DNA of 38,684 nucleotides. It comes from a virus (lineage: Duplodnaviria; Caudoviricetes). Shown piece by piece: positions 34,711 through 38,684 of the stretch. Made by a program: the position numbers and the translations under genes. Numbering within the stretch: position 1 is the stretch's first letter; every line of letters begins with the position of its first letter. Below the pieces are notes generated by a model that was not told the origin of the DNA, did no database searches, and saw only the letters and a program-made list of their open reading frames with translations. Location: positions 1 to 38,684 of the IMG/VR virus record IMGVR_UViG_3300029145_000013, one strand, 5' to 3'.

Positions 34711-35192
34711 GAAAGGAATCTCAAATAACTAAGCTGATTAACATCTATCTAGATGGGTTGGTTAGTGTTGGAAACGATGCGGGCTGGGTTGGCGATTCAA
34801 TGCTTTCCAAGATGATCGACTTCGGAGGAGAGCCGCCTAGAGGATCGGGCATGGATCAATCAAACCTCTCGATGATAAACGCGCTCTCCTTATATCGAGA
34901 CAAACACCACGAATTCGCAAACATAGAACGAGTGGTCCACAGGCTTTTGTCCAAACCCGTTACGGCCATGTATATCACCGCGTTACTGATTGAGCACTAC
35001 TACCACGCTCAGAATGAGAGAACAGGGAAAGCTTACACTGATGAAGATAGGGCGTCTCTTTGGGGTAGGTGTGCGGCTGAATTGGGAGTTACTGAGGTTT
35101 TAAAGCTATCCCAAAACGAGGCATTGAGGGTTTACAGATACGGGGCTCGGAGAGCTGGGCCTAGATTGGTGAGAAGGGAGGCTGGGTTATGA
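34683..35192 (+). CDS. Putative Q-like antiterminator/late regulator
   Basis: Positional: last early gene before a promoter-terminator pair and the lysis genes; start may be GTG 34707. Confidence 0.55.
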   Translation: MVLGVSRKVRKESQITKLINIYLDGLVSVGNDAGWVGDSMLSKMIDFGGEPPRGSGMDQSNLSMINALSLYRDKHHEFANIERVVHRLLSKPVTAMYITALLIEHYYHAQNERTGKAYTDEDRASLWGRCAAELGVTEVLKLSQNEALRVYRYGARRAGPRLVRREAGL

Positions 35193-35221
35193 AATTATAC
35201 TGGTTTTTTATACATGAGTGC

Positions 35222-35250
35222 TTGACGCACCTAGTAAAATATGAGAGAAT
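35222..35250 (+). promoter_or_regulatory. Late promoter (PR'-like)
   Basis: TTGACG-17-GAGAAT with extended TG. Confidence 0.7.
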
Positions 35251-35304
35251 CTGGGGCAGATTGTGGGCAAGTTGTGCCTGCGATTCCCGAACAACTCCCC
35301 TAAG

Positions 35305-35327
35305 ACCCTGCTTCGGCGGGGTTTTTT
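35305..35327 (+). terminator. tR'-like terminator
   Basis: ACCCTGC-TTCG-GCGGGGT followed by a T tract. Confidence 0.85.
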
Positions 35328-35340
35328 ACGCCCAAAGGAA

Positions 35341-35784
35341 ATGAAACAGTACATATTCCCCGCCATCCTATCCACTTTACTCACAGTATCTACAGCGGTG
35401 ACGGGCTGGACGGCTATCGGGGTGGTGGATCTTCTATCTATTACTGCTGTATTGGATGAACGGGTTCGAAATAACTCAATTATGGCTATGTCTGCCTCTG
35501 AATTAGGGGCGGCGGCACTAGAAACTGTCGAATTTCACCAATCAGAACAGTTCCACGATGGGGTTCCACAGCTAATAGCTGATGCATTAACAGTTCAGGC
35601 TCTCGCCTCCCAGCTAACCACCCTAAGAAGTGATTACGTGAGAATGGGAAGAATAATAGATGGTTACACAACCAATCCGGCATCTCCGGCAGATGAGATA
35701 GCTTGGGTAGAGCTACAACAAGACATAGAAACCACTTGTGACCGCTTGGTTAGGCTGGGCGGTAATCACAGGCTCTGTCAGTGA
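35341..35784 (+). CDS. Membrane protein, possible holin
   Basis: N-terminal TM; first late gene, coupled to the endolysin. Confidence 0.5.
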   Translation: MKQYIFPAILSTLLTVSTAVTGWTAIGVVDLLSITAVLDERVRNNSIMAMSASELGAAALETVEFHQSEQFHDGVPQLIADALTVQALASQLTTLRSDYVRMGRIIDGYTTNPASPADEIAWVELQQDIETTCDRLVRLGGNHRLCQ

Positions 35785-36185
35785 CATTAGAGGAAAGGCT
35801 CCGACTTCACGAAGGGTACGAACAATACCCATACACAGACACAAAGGGGAAGATCACCATAGGTGTGGGTCATAACCTCACTGACAATGGGCTTCCCGAA
35901 CACATTATCCAGGCGCTACTAGATTACGACATCCAGATAGCGCGAGAAGAATTAGACAGAGTTCACCCTGATTGGCGCGGCTACACTTCCAAACGTAGAG
36001 ATTGCCTTGTAGAGCTGATGTTCAACATGGGGGCTCCGTCTTTACTTACCTTTAAGAAGATGTGGGCCGCAATTGAGCGGGAGGATTGGCCGGAAGCGGC
36101 CTTAGAACTACTAGATTCAAGATGGGCTGAGCAGGTAGGACCACACAGGGCGGCAAAGCTCGCAGATTTATTAGAAGATGGCTAG
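35781..36185 (+). CDS. Endolysin, T4-lysozyme-like (GH24)
   Basis: HEG..YTDTKGKITIGVGHNL catalytic E-D-T, FNMG, LDSRWAEQV. Confidence 0.93.
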   Translation: MTLEERLRLHEGYEQYPYTDTKGKITIGVGHNLTDNGLPEHIIQALLDYDIQIAREELDRVHPDWRGYTSKRRDCLVELMFNMGAPSLLTFKKMWAAIEREDWPEAALELLDSRWAEQVGPHRAAKLADLLEDG

Positions 36186-36570
36186 ATTCCTCACCCCTTT
36201 AAGACTAGATGCTGTAGAGGGTGGCTGGAGATACGCTGAAGTCTTTCAATACAAGTCTGCTTACTTAAAGAAGTTAATCAGTGTACCCGTAGGTGAGTTC
36301 ACAGACCTGGCTAGTATTCCGAAGATAGTCCCAAGGTGGATATTTGACGTAGCCAACGGGCCAACAAGACTTCCGGCATGTGTTCACGATCCCTTATGTC
36401 ATCAAGTCTATAAGGAGATGTACGGCATCTCTCAACTAGACGCAGACATTACTTTACTTGAAGCCTGCAAAGCTAACGCGGTCCCTATGTGGAAGATTGT
36501 TCTAATCGCCTTGGCTGTCATTCCTTATCAACTTTACAAGCACAAATCTAATTACTGGGTGAGGCAATGA
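36178..36570 (+). CDS. DUF1353-like protein
   Basis: VPVGEFTDLASIP..ACVHDPL..DAD. Confidence 0.8.
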   Translation: MARFLTPLRLDAVEGGWRYAEVFQYKSAYLKKLISVPVGEFTDLASIPKIVPRWIFDVANGPTRLPACVHDPLCHQVYKEMYGISQLDADITLLEACKANAVPMWKIVLIALAVIPYQLYKHKSNYWVRQ

Positions 36571-36659
36571 ACAAAGAGATTTATATCCCAACTAACGAAG
36601 GCAGAAAGCCTACAGACACCAAACCCTACAAAGAACCAACAGCACCGGAGCCGTTCTAA
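36567..36659 (+). CDS. 30-aa hypothetical peptide
   Basis: Coupled to both neighbours. Confidence 0.4.
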   Translation: MNKEIYIPTNEGRKPTDTKPYKEPTAPEPF

Positions 36660-36895
36660 TGTCCCCGCATTTCAAATCATTTATTCAGGGTGTTTGTTTA
36701 GCAATCTTCTTTCTGTTATGTGCGGCTGTCTTATCTTCATGCACAACTACAACGGACATTCTTGCTGGCTCAGATGGTGCCTGTGGAACACTTCACATTG
36801 AAGGCTCATTCACTGACTCACAAGGCGACGTGATTATATTTAAAGTCCCCGAGGGATGGACGGCAGAACAAGTCAAAGACCTCTGCCCGCAGTGA
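36659..36895 (+). CDS. Lipoprotein in the lysis region
   Basis: Signal peptide with LSSC lipobox. Confidence 0.7.
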   Translation: MSPHFKSFIQGVCLAIFFLLCAAVLSSCTTTTDILAGSDGACGTLHIEGSFTDSQGDVIIFKVPEGWTAEQVKDLCPQ

Positions 36896-37278
36896 AAACA
36901 TTTGTAGTCCAGCCATTCGATCAGAAGGTAGGTGTTACTACCAATTGGGAAGAGTTCCTAAAGCACGATCAAGACTATGCTCTAGTCCTTCACAAGAAAA
37001 AGCTCATTGATGATGAGCATGATCCGGTAGAAGAGAAAGATCTGGTTCACTGTCTAGGAATGACAGGTTACTGGAAGTACCAGCCGAGGGACGAAATAAA
37101 GTTTCTTATCTACATAAAGAACAAGAAAGACACCAGTCTAATATTTCACGAGTCATTGCACGCTGCTCACTACGTTATGGAGCATTGTGCCCAGCCCATT
37201 GATATGGATTCAACGGAGGTACAGGCGTACCTGATGGAGTTTATTGCTTCAAATGTTATGCGCCTATTAGGGAAATAA
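36892..37278 (+). CDS. HExxH (zincin-like) hypothetical protein
   Basis: FHESLHAAH..EVQAYLME; GTGA-coupled start. Confidence 0.7.
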   Translation: MKTFVVQPFDQKVGVTTNWEEFLKHDQDYALVLHKKKLIDDEHDPVEEKDLVHCLGMTGYWKYQPRDEIKFLIYIKNKKDTSLIFHESLHAAHYVMEHCAQPIDMDSTEVQAYLMEFIASNVMRLLGK

Positions 37279-37370
37279 TAATAAGAACAAAGTCCTCGTT
37301 CTCAGGTGGCTTCCCGCCATCCCTCCTGACCTGAGAGCGGGGCATTATTCTTTAATACCATAACCAAGGA

Positions 37371-37826
37371 GTGGATATGAAGCGAAAAGACTTGAGGTCT
37401 ATTTATCAAGAGCGTTACTCGGAAATATCAGCCGTTCAACTAGAGTGCGTAGGTAGGTGTTACTACTGTGGCGATACAGCAGAAGTAAAAGATCATTACC
37501 CGCCATTGTCGACAGCCGACTGTTTTAGTGTAGAAGATGATATTGATTGGCTGCTAGTTCCAAGCTGTTCAGAGTGCAACTTGTTGGCTGGCAGTGAGCC
37601 GCACAATACGCTTGAAGAACGCCGGGAATACATCCAGGAGAAACTCAAATCTAGATACAAAAAAGAGCTGCGCCTTGGTGAACATTGGTATGACGCAGAG
37701 CTAGAAGAGGTCTTGAATGAAAACCCTACAAGCACTTTGTTTCGAGACATGACTCATATGAAAGCGAAGGGTAGTTGGTTGAAAGGCAGGGTCAGTTTTG
37801 AAGGATATGGGTTCGACAAACTATGA
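37371..37826 (+). CDS. HNH endonuclease-like protein
   Basis: CYYCG..DHYPP..LVPSCSECN. Confidence 0.8.
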   Translation: MDMKRKDLRSIYQERYSEISAVQLECVGRCYYCGDTAEVKDHYPPLSTADCFSVEDDIDWLLVPSCSECNLLAGSEPHNTLEERREYIQEKLKSRYKKELRLGEHWYDAELEEVLNENPTSTLFRDMTHMKAKGSWLKGRVSFEGYGFDKL

Positions 37827-38029
37827 GCAAAGGATCAGGGCGGCGACCAACACTCATCTCGCAAAAGGAAGCTGATGACAACTGGAGGGCAGCCTTCGGG
37901 CCGTCAAGACTGGAACGAATGGTACAAGACCAGGCGCTGGAAGAAGCTAAGAAAGAGACATCTAAAGAAACAACCCCTGTGCCAGATGTGCCTACAGCTA
38001 AAGAAGCACACCTTAGCGACTGTAGTTGA
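37823..38029 (+). CDS. Small phage protein (KGSxRRP..NW..F type)
   Basis: ATGA-coupled; overlaps the HNH gene. Confidence 0.45.
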   Translation: MSKGSGRRPTLISQKEADDNWRAAFGPSRLERMVQDQALEEAKKETSKETTPVPDVPTAKEAHLSDCS

Positions 38030-38201
38030 CCACATCACCCCTCACAAGGGAGACACTAAGCTCTTTTGGAACCCAAAAAACCTACAGTCATTGTGTAAAC
38101 ACTGCCATGACTCTCACAAAGCAAAGAAAGAGAAGAGCGGCTACTTACCCGGATGTGATGGAGACGGCAACCCATTGGACCCTGACCATCCTTGGAACTA
38201 G
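37875..38201 (+). CDS. Terminase-associated HNH endonuclease (HK97 gp74-like)
   Basis: WYKTRRWKKLR..PLCQMC..VVDHITPHKG..LFW..NLQSLCKHCH; next to the genome end. Confidence 0.9.
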   Translation: MTTGGQPSGRQDWNEWYKTRRWKKLRKRHLKKQPLCQMCLQLKKHTLATVVDHITPHKGDTKLFWNPKNLQSLCKHCHDSHKAKKEKSGYLPGCDGDGNPLDPDHPWN

Positions 38202-38203
38202 AT

Positions 38204-38347
38204 ATGGATGAAGAGTTAGTAGAGATCAACGAAGACCTGCACAACCTCACTGACCTTCAGCTTATGTACCTATTGGATAACGTAACCCAGCAAGTCTTAG
38301 AGATATTAATGGACAGACAAGAAGCAAGAGAGGGAGTGAGCCACTGA
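38204..38347 (+). CDS. 47-aa acidic hypothetical protein
   Basis: MDEELVEINEDLHNL..; TGATG-coupled to the next gene. Confidence 0.5.
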   Translation: MDEELVEINEDLHNLTDLQLMYLLDNVTQQVLEILMDRQEAREGVSH

Positions 38348-38619
38348 TGGACGCAGCAAAGATACAGAAAGACCTAGATCAACTTGACTCTACTTACAAC
38401 AAGAAGAGATCAGAGCTTGAATCACAGCTAACACTAGCAAAGAACCAGTACATCATTGGACAAGAGCTAGTACCCAAGTCAAGCAATGCAACAAGTGTGT
38501 TTAAAGTAACAGGAGCAGACAAGGCAGGGCTGATAGGTGACTACAAGTCAAGAGGCCACAAGCTATCACACGCTGAGCTTAAGCAGTGGAAACCCAAAGA
38601 GACTCCTTCTACTAGGTAG
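38347..38619 (+). CDS. Hypothetical protein
   Basis: 90-aa ORF with SD GGAG. Confidence 0.6.
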   Translation: MDAAKIQKDLDQLDSTYNKKRSELESQLTLAKNQYIIGQELVPKSSNATSVFKVTGADKAGLIGDYKSRGHKLSHAELKQWKPKETPSTR

Positions 38620-38660
38620 GAAGGGGTAGGGGGAGGGGTTAGCCTTTTTTTGAAAAGTGA
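38614..38660 (+). other. G-rich cos-proximal region
   Basis: GGGGTAGGGGGAGGGG between HNH and (circularly) terS, where HK97-like cos sites lie. Confidence 0.5.
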
Positions 38661-38667
38661 ATGGCGG

Positions 38668-38684
38668 GATCGTGACTGGGAAAC
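38668..38684 (-). other. Random-amplification primer remnant; library artefact
   Basis: Reverse complement of 1-17. Confidence 0.95.

Overview
An essentially complete ~38.7 kb temperate tailed-phage genome with a lambdoid layout and podovirus-type virion genes. The host is probably a gammaproteobacterium (inferred from the SSB and sigma70 promoters). The contig is bracketed by random-amplification primer sequence. Order: TerS/TerL, portal, scaffold, capsid, adaptor/nozzle, ejection proteins, tail fibre | XRE gene, attP (3' half of tRNA-Arg ACG), int/xis, leftward early operon | cI/cro switch | rightward early/nin genes, Q-like gene, late promoter, lysis genes, packaging HNH. Three things stand out. 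(1) The packaging module is chimeric: an HK97-type cos terminase plus HNH sits on a P22-like portal/capsid, and a separately translated, apparently inactive P22-type TerL nuclease domain is retained between them. (2) A densely base-paired RNA-like element, interrupted by a T5orf172/GIY-YIG-like ORF, sits where the replication origin/initiator should be, in a genome with no recognisable helicase, primase or full initiator. (3) Early genes are arranged as cassettes separated by 11-6-11 dif-like inverted repeats and by a second direct-repeat family. All family assignments come from reading motifs by eye; no searches were run.
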